Below, in pieces: positions 26,001 through 38,809 of a stretch of 64,000 nucleotides of DNA. The stretch comes from Macrostomum hystrix (lineage: Eukaryota > Animalia > Platyhelminthes): positions 4,836,001 through 4,900,000 of the forward strand of contig CATNEN010000038.1 of the NCBI GenBank assembly GCA_950097015.1. Reading direction: 5' to 3'. The notes under the pieces were generated by a model. It searched no databases. It saw only the letters and a list, made by a program, of their open reading frames with translations, and was not told the DNA's origin. Position 1 is the first letter of the stretch. The number at the start of each line of letters is the position of its first letter. A program made the translations under genes and the position numbers.

Positions 26001-27144
26001 CTTCAATCGCGAGCTGGAAGACGAGCTGGCCTCTGCATCCGCCTCTGCTGCCTCCGCTGGGAACAGCAGCTCGGACCGGGATCCGTTCGGCTCCTCCCGG
26101 CTGCTCCCGCCGTTGCGGCAGATGCCGGACGGTGGAGTTGGTGTCATTGACGACGCTGTTGACAACTGCGGACTGCTCACAGGACTGTCGCTTATGGATG
26201 ATGAAGCTGAGGTTTGATCTGACTCTTCTGCAGTCTTTATAATTTTATTCTCTCTCTACTCATCCCACTTCTCTAAAAATCGCCTCATCATCATTCTGAG
26301 TCTGATTCCCCACAATTTGCCCCTCCCATCTCAAGCTGCTGAGCGACCACGACTTCGACGACCTGCCCAGCCAGGAGGAAGAGGAAATCCCAGCTCAGGC
26401 CCTGATAGACGCTGACGACGATTTCGTTACCGACGAAACGGAATCCCTTGACTCCGCCTACGCCAAGTCCACTATCAAGCCTGAGCCGGTGTTGCCACCC
26501 TCCGTTGCCATGGCTACTGGAGTAGTCACCCTACCCGCCGACTTGGTCCTGGGCCGCATGGCCCAATGGACTGCGCTTGACCGCCTTCGCTGCCAGATGT
26601 GGTCTAGGAAGCCCCTGCCGCCAAAGCCCCAGCCTCAGCTGCGCCTGACTGACGATCTGGTGAGCTTCGGCAGTTTAAGATGGGATCTGACTGTGTTTAA
26701 GATGGGATCTGACTGTTTGAGATGGGATCTGACTGTGTTTGAGATGAGATCTGACTGTGATTGAGATGGGATCTGACTGTTTGAGATGGGATCTGACTGT
26801 GTTTGAGATGGGATCTGACTGTGTTTGAGATGGGATCTGACTGTGTTTGAGATGGGATCTGACTGTGATTGGGATGGGATCTGACAGTTGGATCTGTTTC
26901 AACGAACTCGCAGGTGAGGTCGCAGCCGTCCCCACCGGTCCGCCGCCAGCCGATGACACCGCTGGAGAAGTCCAAGCGCGCCTGCTCGTTCCTGTTGCGC
27001 GGCCGCTGCAAGAAGGAGGACTGCGAATTCGCTCACGATCTCAACCGGGTTATCTGCAAATTCTGGTCTGCCGGCGAGTGCTTCAAAGGCGACACCTGCC
27101 CGTTCCTGCACGGCTCACCTGCAGAATCCGAGAACGGCGACTGA
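23017..27144 (+). CDS. KIAA0232: KIAA0232-like protein with C-terminal tandem CCCH zinc fingers (~618 aa); exons 23017-23201, 24230-24486, 24926-25349, 25776-26211, 26336-26659, 26914-27144
   Basis: All five introns GT-AG and phase-compatible (1857 nt total). N-terminus WLEAQLDMRGVDPALYSRYLISLL...KRAAAVQCLQSA...LIDELCYRLKRL resembles the recalled KIAA0232 N-terminal block; C-terminus CSFLLRGRCKKEDCEFAH and CKFWSAGECFKGDTCPFLH are CCCH fingers. Confidence 0.8.
23263..23550 (+). mobile_element. tRNA-derived SINE with CORE-like central domain, in intron 1
   Basis: A-box-like tagtccagtga, B-box ggttcgattcc, core tgtgtcctttagc...cccagctgttaaatgggtacc, AT-rich tail; close homologue at 56832-57144. 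Confidence 0.85.
24691..24860. repeat. Intronic degenerate ~21 bp tandem repeat (ctgggatttcttattctggtt)
   Basis: Direct observation. Confidence 0.85.
26677..26895. repeat. Intronic 20-22 bp minisatellite (gagatgggatctgactgtgttt)
   Basis: Fills most of intron 26660-26913. Confidence 0.95.
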
Positions 27145-27284
27145 CGCCTGTCATTTCGTTGCTGTGAGGGATGGAATCTGCTGCGGGAACCCAGTTAAAA
27201 GGAACTAATAATACGCTTTGAGCACTGATCTCAACCACTGCTGTGGCTTGAGTACATTGCCAGACCATTCAGAAACATGTCCTA

Positions 27285-27466
27285 AACCTTCTCCCTGCAA
27301 ATCCAGACCCTGCAACCTTCTCCCTGCAAATTCTGAACCTGCAACCTTCTCCCTGCAAATCCAGACCCTGCAACCTTCTCCCTGCAAATCCTGACCCTGC
27401 AACCTTCTCCCTGCAAATCCTCACCGTGCAACCTTCTCCCTCCTGCAAAATTGGACCCTGCAACCC
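27285..27466. repeat. 29 bp tandem repeat (aaccttctccctgcaaatccagaccctgc), probable 3' UTR
   Basis: ~6 direct copies 140 bp past the stop codon. Confidence 0.9.
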
Positions 27467-28580
27467 TCTTCAAGCTAGGCTGTCCCATCATCCGGGAATC
27501 AGTCCAAGGTAGAGGCGGTAGTCGCTGTTGTGTCTTGTTCTTCGCTGCTCATCCATTGTCCATTCTCTATTTCTTTTCTTTTCTTCATCCCTTCGTCGTT
27601 GGTAATTATTTTTCTTTCTGATTTTATTTCCTTTGTAATTCTGTGTTGTCTTAATTTTTACTCGCTAATCAGAGTTTTAACTGTTATCATACTTTTAGAT
27701 TAAACTACTTCTAGGAAGGTAAACAGTGGTTCTATTTTAGGACACAAGATGTAGCGATATAAAAAGTGCAATTGTCGCAATGAAGTTCTGGAGACACTAG
27801 GCTATGTGACTGAATTTTCCAATAGCTTTAGTGATTTTTTAGTATTATTTTTTTCATATTAAATCTAAAGGATCTCAGATCCGGAACTGCCCTCTGACCC
27901 AAGCTACCTACTGTAAGTAGTGCATGTGTGCGCGTAACTTTGTGTGGCTAATTACTTATTGAAAAGTCTAAGAGTCTATTTATGCACCGTTGTGGCTTCG
28001 TATTATACTTCTAATTTAAGCTCTGTTTCTGTGATAATGCTTAATTAATACATTTTGTATTGATGTTGTATCCGCATACCTTCCCACCTGTAAGCACGTG
28101 TAAACCTAGGGATTTTATTTACAAGCCCAAAGTGTGCGCGCGCACTACTAATGCACTAGTAGTATGAATATCGGTCATGCTTGGCCCCCTGTTCGAACTG
28201 TTTAAAAAGCTTCAAAAAGTGAGCTGTGTTTTTTTGTTTCTTTTTGCCTGGCCTTTGCATCTCAGATTGATTTTTCGGCACATTATCAACTATCCAATCC
28301 AGTATGTTTATTTGTCAGACGAGTTCTCCTGTGTGCATATATTTTAGTTTTATTTTTTCACCTGCAGATTTTTGTTGTACTTATATATTATATAAGCCTA
28401 CTAATCTTGCGTTAGATGTGCTTCAGCTCACAGCAACTCGCTAAACTGGTGTGCGGTGTGTAGTTACAGTTATATGTCATAATCGTACCCTTATGGAGAA
28501 TAGTTCGGTCTAACCGTAGTTATACTCTAAACTGGTGGCCTCCCATTCATTCACCGGTGAATTCTGTCGTCCTGTAGCCA

Positions 28581-29013
28581 CTGACCCCAATGTACACTCG
28601 CTCTCGGCTAGCCCAAGATCCCTCTGACCCCAATGTACAGTCGCTCTCGGGTAACCCAAGATCCCTCTGACCCCAATATACACTCGCTCTCGGCTAGCCC
28701 AAGATACATCTGACCCAATATACACTCGCTCTCGGCTAGCCCAAGATCCCTCTGACCCCAATATACACTCGCTCTCGGCTAGCCCAAGATACATCTGACC
28801 CAATATACACTCGCTCTCGGCTAGCCCAAGATCCCTCTGACCCCAATATACACTCGCTCTCGGCTAGCCCAAGATACATCTGACCCAATATACACTCGCT
28901 CTCGGCTAGCCCAAGATCCCTCTGACCCCAATATACACTCGCTCTCGGCTAGCCCAAGATACCTCTGACCCCAGTGTACAGTCGCTCTCGGCTAGCCCAA
29001 GATATCTCTGACC
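28581..29013 (+). repeat. 42-43 bp minisatellite (ctgaccccaatgtacactcgctctcggctagcccaagatccct), ~10 copies
   Basis: Direct copies; same family inverted at 33637-33920. Confidence 0.95.
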
Positions 29014-29571
29014 TCTATATACACTTTCTTATGCCACCAGTCTAGCTTGACTTACTAGTTGAGTTTAGATTTAGCTCCTCCGTCAGGGTACGTGTAACTA
29101 AACAGTTAGTATGTAATACTAAATATGCGTACTTTTACGAGTGTTATCACCTTATCAATGCTTTCAAATCTCATAATAGATTCATTTTCTGTTGTGTGTC
29201 GCATCATTTCGGTTTTATTACATTTTCATCTGTTTTAAATTGAGTTTGATTTTTTATCTGCGCACAAATATTTCTTCCGCTAATGTCATCTGAAGCACTT
29301 TTAGTTATATCCCACTATGCTCTGTAATGCGTTGCCTTGGTAACCACAACAATAGCTCTGTCTCCCAGCTATCGGTACTACGGCAACGATTGTATTTTTG
29401 GTTGATATCGATGTGAATGTTATAAGGATAAAATAATCGATTGTTGATCTGATTAATGTAAAGGAAAATGTGAGACCTTGTACTCAAATTGATTCTAACC
29501 ATCCAATGAGCTAATTGACAATAATAATCTGAGACAGCACGCGATTATATTCGAAGTATGAGAGGAATGCT

Positions 29572-29816
29572 TTACGTCACCGCGGCAGTTCATTTTAGAG
29601 GAGTTTAAGAGATTATCGGCCGATAGTGTTTATCGGCCTTTTTCGTTAAGTGAAATCCAGTTTAATACATAGTAATAGCTGCGAGTCTATAAAAACCTTT
29701 TTACTTTAGGCAAGGCTTCGCGTGACATGTTCTAAAAATAGCACTTTTGGTGAGTCACACAAAAGCGGATTCGATTCTAAAAATAGAAACTATTCGTGAG
29801 TCATGCGTCACGTGAC
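29572..29816. promoter_or_regulatory. Candidate enhancer: 2x MEF2 + 2x AP-1, CRE-like and E-box motifs
   Basis: CTAAAAATAG at 29732 and 29777, TGAGTCA at 29751 and 29797, GTCACGTGAC at 29807, TTACGTCA at 29572. Confidence 0.5.
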
Positions 29817-32313
29817 AAGCAAATTTTTGTTGTTGAAATAGCAAAATTCTAAGAGTTCATTCTAGAGCAAAAAACTGAATAGATTAGCTGAGAAAACAGG
29901 CCGTTAATTTTCTTGTCCTAAAATGACTATCTTCATTGGTGTTTGTGAATTTTGTCGAATGATATCCACTTTAGCCAAGTTGTTCATGCGCGCAAATATA
30001 TAACAGGCCGATGAATATTTGGACAGGCGGTCAGCCGTGTGCGAAGCTCCTCTCGGACAGGACGATTATGCAACCGCAAAAAATACAACAATTCCAATCT
30101 GGCTTTGTCTTAGTTTTTTTATCTCTCCGTTTGATCAATAATTATTGAATACGCTCGTATCTTTTACTTAAAGGGACTTTAAAAGTGACGCGAATAGTGC
30201 TAGCTGGTCTCAGCTGCTGTGACTTATGAATTCAATTTAGTCTCCTAGTGGTGTTCACAGAGTTTCATCACATATCCAGTATCAAAGCTTAAATCACATA
30301 ATCTCCAAGTTCCTTGCATTCGCTTGTGAGCAAAGAACTTGTGCTCCCAGAATTCTCCAGAAATATTCTCGATATTCGCGCAGTTTTCAAGTTAGACATT
30401 CGGCTACTCAATTCCCGCAAAAACACACTCGCGGGCGTTACATGTAGATACGTTCGCGGTCGCTAATGTAAATAAATTGGTTTCCACTTGAGTAAAAGAC
30501 TAGCATTTTATTGAGTCGCATAGCCGAGCTGCCAGGTCCATCCCGGATATCAAATTTCTGACAGACTCAACTAGTCTGGGCCACTCTGCTGATTAGCAGA
30601 TGATCTGTTTAGCAATGCAGAATCCGCCGAAGCGGTTAACTCAAACCGACGCAACTTCGCCATCGACTGTGACAAGTTGCAGGGCTCTGCAGCACCGATT
30701 CACTGCGATTCAGTGCACAGAACATTAGTCGGCCAGCTGTTATATATGCAGTATTATAAATTGAAGCTGGGATGTGGAACAAGTGGTAACTTGGCTGCAT
30801 GTAGCGGCGCGTATCAGAAGTACACCTGATTCCGATGCCGCCATTATCCATGCATGCAGCATGCGCATATTTAATATATGCACTTGTACTTTTAAAGAAC
30901 TGTGCTCAGATGTATGTGCTCGTGATTTATTTATTAGCTTTGAGTCCAGGCTCTGAGTATCCTGTTGGAATATTAGGGTGCATTTTGTTTTAACTTAAAA
31001 CGTAGATGACTTTATTAAAACTGCTTGTTATTACTCGTTTTATTCTATTAGTTGATAATGTTCTGAGATGGTACTTCTACCCGTCACTGCAGCATGATTG
31101 GTTGATATTATTCGCTATTTTCTCGTACCCTCGCCGCTGATTGGCTGCTACTTTATTTTCATTTTCTCCTACCCTTACCTCGACGTTGATTGGCTGGTTA
31201 CGAGTATATTCTTTTTCTCGGCCACCTCAATCTCCTAGCTGCCTATTGGCCTGAAGAACCCTTGCATTACACAGAACCAAATGTTAATGGATTAATTAAT
31301 CGTATAAAAATAACACAATATTTATGGCATCATGTTTCTTCAACCGTTACCACCTATTGGGTTATCGGTTGCGAATCTCAGCTTGCACAGTTGGCCCGGC
31401 TTTCAAATACAATTCGGATAATCCTATAGTTTACAATTAGGTAATAACATTTGTCAAATAACAACTGTCAAAGATGCGTTCGTAAACAACAATATATCAA
31501 AAGCTTCTCGAGTACAATTCGACTTGCACTTTGCTCAGTGCTTCGTCGGAAAATACATTATTGAAATGAACAAATATGGTCAAATCCGCACCCACTCAAG
31601 CACCAATGTTCTTTCTAGCTCTGGTCAGCCCTCTAAACAGCCAGCTAATAAAGTTGGATTGCGAAAAATTTTGATGAGATATTTCTTGAGTAGTGCCGCA
31701 ATTTCATGTCTGCGATGCCTATGGATGAGGGAGCAGAAAATTAATTCCGAGTCGGGCAGTCCAAGTCCTCGTTGTGAACAATATCCCACTTGTTGACATC
31801 GTCTGTCGGGGTTCCGGTGGGTCCAAAACTATCCGGAGGTCCAATTTGCCGAAGTTAAAGAATTAAAAGTGCTGCAGAAGCGGCTAAAATTGAGAAACAC
31901 TTTGAAGCAGCTAGCCTTCTCGCTAAAGCCCTAAGTGTTAGTAGCAATGAGCACACTGAGGCGCACTGAGCACTCTCGGATTTAAATAATTCAGTTGGAC
32001 CAAGGCGGGTAAGGCCAGCGCTGGGGTGGCTGTTCAGCCCCCAGACGGATTTGGGTTGCTGCAAACTGATTGAATCTGAGAAGCTGGGAGAAGCTCTACA
32101 ACCTTAATGGGCCGAGGTGAGTTGGTTAAGAGCTCATTAGAGCACATGAGCGAACTGCTTAGTAACATGATCCTGGCGCTTGTTCGAGTTTGATACTTGA
32201 GTTCATGCCTCATCTGCTGTTGCAGAGAAGAGAGACTCAGGGAGGAAACTACTGGGTTGAGAAGTAGACTCTGACGACAGGAGAATTAGACACAAAGAAG
32301 TAGCCAATCAGAA

Positions 32314-32507
32314 GAGAAGTAGACAATGAGAAAAGTAGACAGTGAGAGAAGTATGGACAATGAGAGGAGAAGTAGATATTGGGAGTAAAGGTTGTCACTG
32401 GGAAGTGAAGTAGACAAGTAGACAATGAGAGGAGAAGTAGACTATGAGAGGAGAAGTAGGCAGTAAGAGGAGAAGTAGACTATGAGAGGAGAAGTAGACA
32501 ATGAGAG
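32314..32507. repeat. Degenerate purine-rich ~19-20 bp repeat (gagaagtagacaatgagag)
   Basis: Direct observation. Confidence 0.8.
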
Positions 32508-33020
32508 TAGGATGAAAGTGCAGATGCAGCTGAAGCCAGTACATCGAATGATGTTGGTAGTGCTGAGGCTCCTAGCCGGTACGCAGCCATATTCTGAAAG
32601 CCAAAGCAGCAGCTTAATAAGGCTGAGCATAAATCAGGTTTCCTGAGCAGTCCAGCCCGTTCAATTAGTGCTTGTCGAGCCGACTTCATAATCATCGCCG
32701 AGTGGTCGGGCGATTTGCCGATCGATTCATTCCGATCGCTTCCTGCCAGGCCGATGCGCTTGATTTACCGAGACGCTGGTCAGGAATCATTTTATAGTGG
32801 CTTTTCCGTTTGCAAATCCCACAAGATCCTGGACGAAAAGACAGCACTGGAAAGCCATCTGAGCCAATCCACATGTCAGTCCATATTAGAGATCGCACAG
32901 GACAGGCTCTGGGTTTGATTTGAAGTGACACAATCGTAGAACTAACCGGGTATCTGTTCAATATGCCGTGTGAGACTATCCAAGCACACTGCTCGAGAAG
33001 GAGACTGAAACAGACAGCGC

Positions 33021-33410
33021 TGTTCTGTGTCTAACAGCTCTGTTCTGTGTCTAACAGCTCTGTTCTGTGTCTAACAGCTCTGTTCTGTGTCTAACAGCTC
33101 TGTTCTGTGTCCAACAGCTCGACTTTGTGTCTAACAGCTTGATTCTGTCTAACAGCTCTGTTCTGTGTCTAACAGCTCGACTTTGTGTCTAACAGCTTGA
33201 TTCTGTCTAACAGCTCTGTTCTGTGTCTAACAGCTCTGTTCTGTGTCTAACAGCTTGATTCTGTCTAACAGCTCTTTTCTGTGTCTGACAGCTCTATTGT
33301 GTGTCTAACAGCTCTATTGTGTGTCTAACAGCTAGATTCCGTGTCTAACAGCTCTATTGTGTGTCTAACAGCTAGATTCCGTGTCTAACAGCTAGATTCC
33401 GTGTCTAACA
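33021..33410. repeat. Minisatellite, 18-20 bp unit (tgttctgtgtctaacagctc)
   Basis: Direct tandem copies. Confidence 0.95.
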
Positions 33411-33636
33411 CCCTCCCTTCTACTAAGTAACTGAAGGTTACGATTCTAGGTCAATAAAATGTTTCTACTCAGTTTCTGAAATGAGAAGGGGCTCTCCCCT
33501 TCCGTTAGAATCACCCCTAGCCTGCTAGAATGCTCGTAAATTCTCATGTGCTTGTAATTGAGAGGGATTTACTACTGTATTTTGAATTTGAATGCATCCA
33601 AACGATTCTACATTAAAACTCTGGGACTTTGGAAGT

Positions 33637-33920
33637 GGCCGAGAACGAGTGTACATTGGGGTCAGAGGGGCACTAGGGCTGGCCGAGAACGAGTGTACAT
33701 TGGGGTCAGAGGGGCACTAGGGCTGGCCGAGAACGAGTGTACATTGGGGTCAGAGGGGCACTAGGGCTGGCCGAGAACGAGTGTACATTGGGGTCAGAGG
33801 GGCACTAGGGCTGGCCGAGAACGAGTGTACATTGGGGTCAGAGGGGCTCTGGGACTGGCCGAGAACGAGTGTACATTGGGGTCAGCGGGTTCTGGGGCTG
33901 GACGTGAGCGAGTGTACATT
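33637..33920 (-). repeat. 44 bp minisatellite, inverted relative of the 28581-29013 array
   Basis: gccgagaacgagtgtacattggggtcag is the reverse complement (1 mismatch) of the 28.6 kb unit core. Confidence 0.93.
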
Positions 33921-34852
33921 AGGATCAATGGATTCTTGGGGCCAAACAGCTATGACTGGAAATGTTTATATTAATTGCAACCATTTGGAACTGGCCCACA
34001 AAATGAACTTTTTTGCTCAACTTTAAGTCTGTCGGCAGACTTAAAAAGCCCCCATTTATCCGACTGGATTTTTTGGCTCCACGATTTCGACGATATTTCA
34101 AAACAAATATTTAGACATCCCGAGCTAGATAAGAGACATTCAGGAGCAATAATAATGTCGATTTGAACGACTAATTGCGTGACTCAATTCTGCCATATAA
34201 AATTAAAAATATATAAATGAAATTAACCGCTGCCAACAGCATCCTGCTTTGATGGCAGACTGTTCAAATGGTTCAATTATTTGTTTTATTAAATCACCAT
34301 CACACTGCAATCACGTGACCACTCCGGATCGCTGTCATGTAATCCAGTTGTGGGATAACGAGCGAGCCGCATTGAAAATGGAAAACAACATTGCCTTTTG
34401 GAGGCGCAGCTGCTTCAAGTAGGCGGCACGTTCGTAAATGTACTTTCTTCATCGTTAGGGAATGTGCTTATTGTGGGCCAGATAATCCAATAAAAATTTC
34501 GAGCTGATTTTGACTATTAAATATTGATTAAAAATTAAAATTTTGGAAATAGGATTTTACGGGACAGCCTGGCTTTGCTAAGTATAATGCTCAGTTGTAG
34601 TTGAACTCAAAATCTAAGTGGATCAACACAATTCAAAAGCTCCGACACAATCTGATAAGTTTTTCTTCCTGCCTTTTATGGCATGTTTTAAATAAAAAAT
34701 TCTATCTTAACGGAGGTCCTCTTACGATTCCTACTCGTATGCTTTACTTTATTAAATCAGAAATCAAGAATTGACTCAGAAAATCTGCGCGACTGACTGA
34801 CTTAAGACTCAAAATTTCAAATTGCATCAAACGTCAAATAAGTTGAATTGAC

Positions 34853-35536
34853 AGATCCCGATCCCAGATCCCGATCCCAGATCCCGATCCCAGATCCCGA
34901 TCCCAGATCCCGATCCCAGATCCCGATCCCAGATCCCGATCCCAGATCCCGATCCCAGATCCCGATCCCAGATCCCGATCCCAGATCCCGATCCCAGATC
35001 CCGATCCCAGATCCCGATCCCAGATCCCGATCCCAGATCCCGATCCCAGATCCCGATCCCAGATCCCGATCCCAGATCCCGATCCCAGATCCCGATCCCA
35101 GATCCCGATCCCAGATCCCGATCCCAGATCCCGATCCCAGATCCCGATCCCAGATCCCGATCCCAGATCCCGATCCCAGATCCCGATCCCAGATCCCGAT
35201 CCCAGATCCCGATCCCAGATCCCGATCCCAGATCCCGATCCCAGATCCCGATCCCAGATCCCGATCCCAGATCCCGATCCCAGATCCCGATCCCAGATCC
35301 CGATCCCAGATCCCGATCCCAGATCCCGATCCCAGATCCCGATCCCAGATCCCGATCCCAGATCCCGATCCCAGATCCCGATCCCAGATCCCGATCCCAG
35401 ATCCCGATCCCAGATCCCGATCCCAGATCCCGATCCCAGATCCCGATCCCAGATCCCGATCCCAGATCCCGATCCCAGATCCCGATCCCAGATCCCGATC
35501 CCAGATCCCGATCCCAGATCCCGATCCAAGATCCCA
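34853..35536. repeat. Near-perfect 13 bp array (agatcccgatccc), ~52 copies
   Basis: Homogeneous tandem array. Confidence 0.99.
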
Positions 35537-35766
35537 TTACAGCCAATCGCTGTCCAGTGACGCACAGGGAGAGCTCTGATTTAATGCCTATTTCGTCGTC
35601 TATTGGCCAGTAGCTGCAGCAGAGGGTCCCTCCAATCTGTGAAAAGGCCCCGAGCCTCAGCTGTCTCCCATCTGCTTCGCTTTTGTCGCACAGCAGAATC
35701 CGCCCACGGCAGAGCTCTCGCTACTCGCAACTTAATAGTTCCTACCTGGCTCGCGGGCTCACTGCA

Positions 35767-36282
35767 ATGCTCAAGCACCCGCTGATCGCAGCTCTGCTGC
35801 TGCTGTCCGTTGCTGCAGCCTCCTGCTCCGCCTATGCCTTCTCCGATGACGAACAGCAAGCTGAAAGCCTCAGCGAGCTCGAGAACATGTACCGCATGTA
35901 CCTGGACAGGGCTGAGCCTACTGAGGAGGACTACATGTCAAAGAAGGCCTGGCATGCCGGGTCACGACTGGGCAAGAAGGCCTGGCACGCCGGGTCACGA
36001 CTGGGCAAGAAGGCCTGGCACGCCGGGTCACGACTGGGCAAGAAGGCCTGGCATGCCGGGTCACGACTGGGCAAGAAGGCCTGGCACGCCGGGTCACGAC
36101 TGGGCAAGAAGGCCTGGCACGCCGGGTCACGACTGGGCAAGAAGGCCTGGCACGCCGGGTCACGACTGGGCAAGAAGGCCTGGCACGCCGGGTCACGACT
36201 GGGCAAGCGAGACGGAGAGCAGGTCGACTTTGACGAAGACGCTGAGAAGAGAGTGTGGACAGCCCAGTCTCGGCTAGGCTGA
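35767..36282 (+). CDS. Neuropeptide precursor (171 aa): 8x AWHAGSRLamide + 1x VWTAQSRLamide
   Basis: Signal peptide MLKHPLIAALLLLSVAAASCSA, acidic spacers, dibasic KK/KR sites, Gly amide donor on every peptide, AATAAA at 36369 and 36505. Confidence 0.93.
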   Translation: MLKHPLIAALLLLSVAAASCSAYAFSDDEQQAESLSELENMYRMYLDRAEPTEEDYMSKKAWHAGSRLGKKAWHAGSRLGKKAWHAGSRLGKKAWHAGSRLGKKAWHAGSRLGKKAWHAGSRLGKKAWHAGSRLGKKAWHAGSRLGKRDGEQVDFDEDAEKRVWTAQSRLG

Positions 36283-37772
36283 AATGCTCCAAGCCCTCCA
36301 AGCAACAAGTCTCATTTGTGTCACACTGATTTAACTGAAAACTCGCCACCCCCGACCAGAGAGCCAAAAATAAACAATTAAAGCTGACTGCACGCATTGC
36401 TGAGGTTTGCGTTACTGGCTCCACAAACGCAGAAGTCAACAGCTAGCGTCATTGTGTGTAGCTCGGATCTGGTTCCTCTAACTTGAGTTCTGTATTCTTA
36501 AAAAAATAAACAGGAAAGAAACTTCTTGACTCTCTATAATACTGATTTTGTTCCGTCTTGTTAAATTGATTTCAGCCTAAAATAGTAAAATGATCCCCGA
36601 ATGAAATTTTGGCCCATTACTTCGTACATACCGACGCTTATATGGCATGGTCTAAGTAGTCCAAAAACGTCAGAATTTGCTGGACAGACAAATTAATGCG
36701 ATTATTAATAAGCTTTCAGACAGAATTGAAGATTCATTAGGCAGATTGTGCTGCTGGGGGATGAAGACGAAACAATGCAGTCATGGAATCAACCCAGTTC
36801 CTGATGAGACAAGTGACCGGGGTGGAAATGACAGTTAAATGCTTCGTCTTGGTTTCATTCAGTAGAAAGCATTGACGCCTATAAATTCTCAGCTATAGGT
36901 GACGGCCCGTTTGACACACTTGAGGGGCGTCTCTTGAAAAGTTACAGACAGGTAAGCTTGCAGTTTGATTCGACTGCTGTAATGGAAGCGAAGCCCCTGT
37001 AATGGAATCGAGGGCTCTCAGAAATGGTACAGGGCGGCCTTCACGAGCTGATGGCCATGCAGGAAAATAAGAAATGCCTCAAATCAGGCTTCATTCAATG
37101 CGTCACGAGTTTCAGAACAGAAAAATATGATTTCCCAAACTCGACCAGTAGAATACGAATAATTAATATTGAGAAACAATGAGAACCAAACTATTGACGA
37201 GGTTCTAGTATAGAAAGACATTGCGGTTGGATACAGGACGGCGGCATGGTGCATACAGGACGGCTATAAATTTCATGAGTATGCTTTAACAAATTCCTCG
37301 TTTCGCAAATCGTTGGCATACGCAAAAGTTATTCTTTTTTCATGCCTAACAACGAAAGTTTTGTTACCAAATCTTGTTTCTGTTGCAAGTAAAGACCTAC
37401 TAGTTGTTAATTTCTTATTCAGCCGAATCAATATTGCCAATTGCTGAATTTATTAATAAAGAAAATATATGAACCGGCCGGTAGCTGAGGCTCAATGGCA
37501 AGCCAAGCCCTCCCTTACCTGAGGGCTTATTTGGAAGATTTTCTGCCTGTTGACAGTGTAAGCAATACTCATCTCAAGAGACTGCAGCTGAGTTGCCAGC
37601 GCTTGTCGCTCCATGTCTATTACATTTCATTCGCTGCAAGGCTTAAATGTGGAATTAGGAATTTCACGAGCTGCTGGTTGCCAGGGCGTGGCTGGGCTGA
37701 GCCTTGTTGGCTTAGACATTGAGACTCTGACAGGTGAAACACTGGTTCCCTGCCAATTGCTTTCCAGACTAA

Positions 37773-38809
<1,037 letters not shown>

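Noticed and set aside
34827-35579. GIGIWDRDLGSGS / PDPDPRSRSQIPI repeat ORFs
   Set aside because: Artefact of a stop-free 13 bp array
36740-36860. CTGATGA...GAAA hammerhead-like core
   Set aside because: Could not build the required flanking stems
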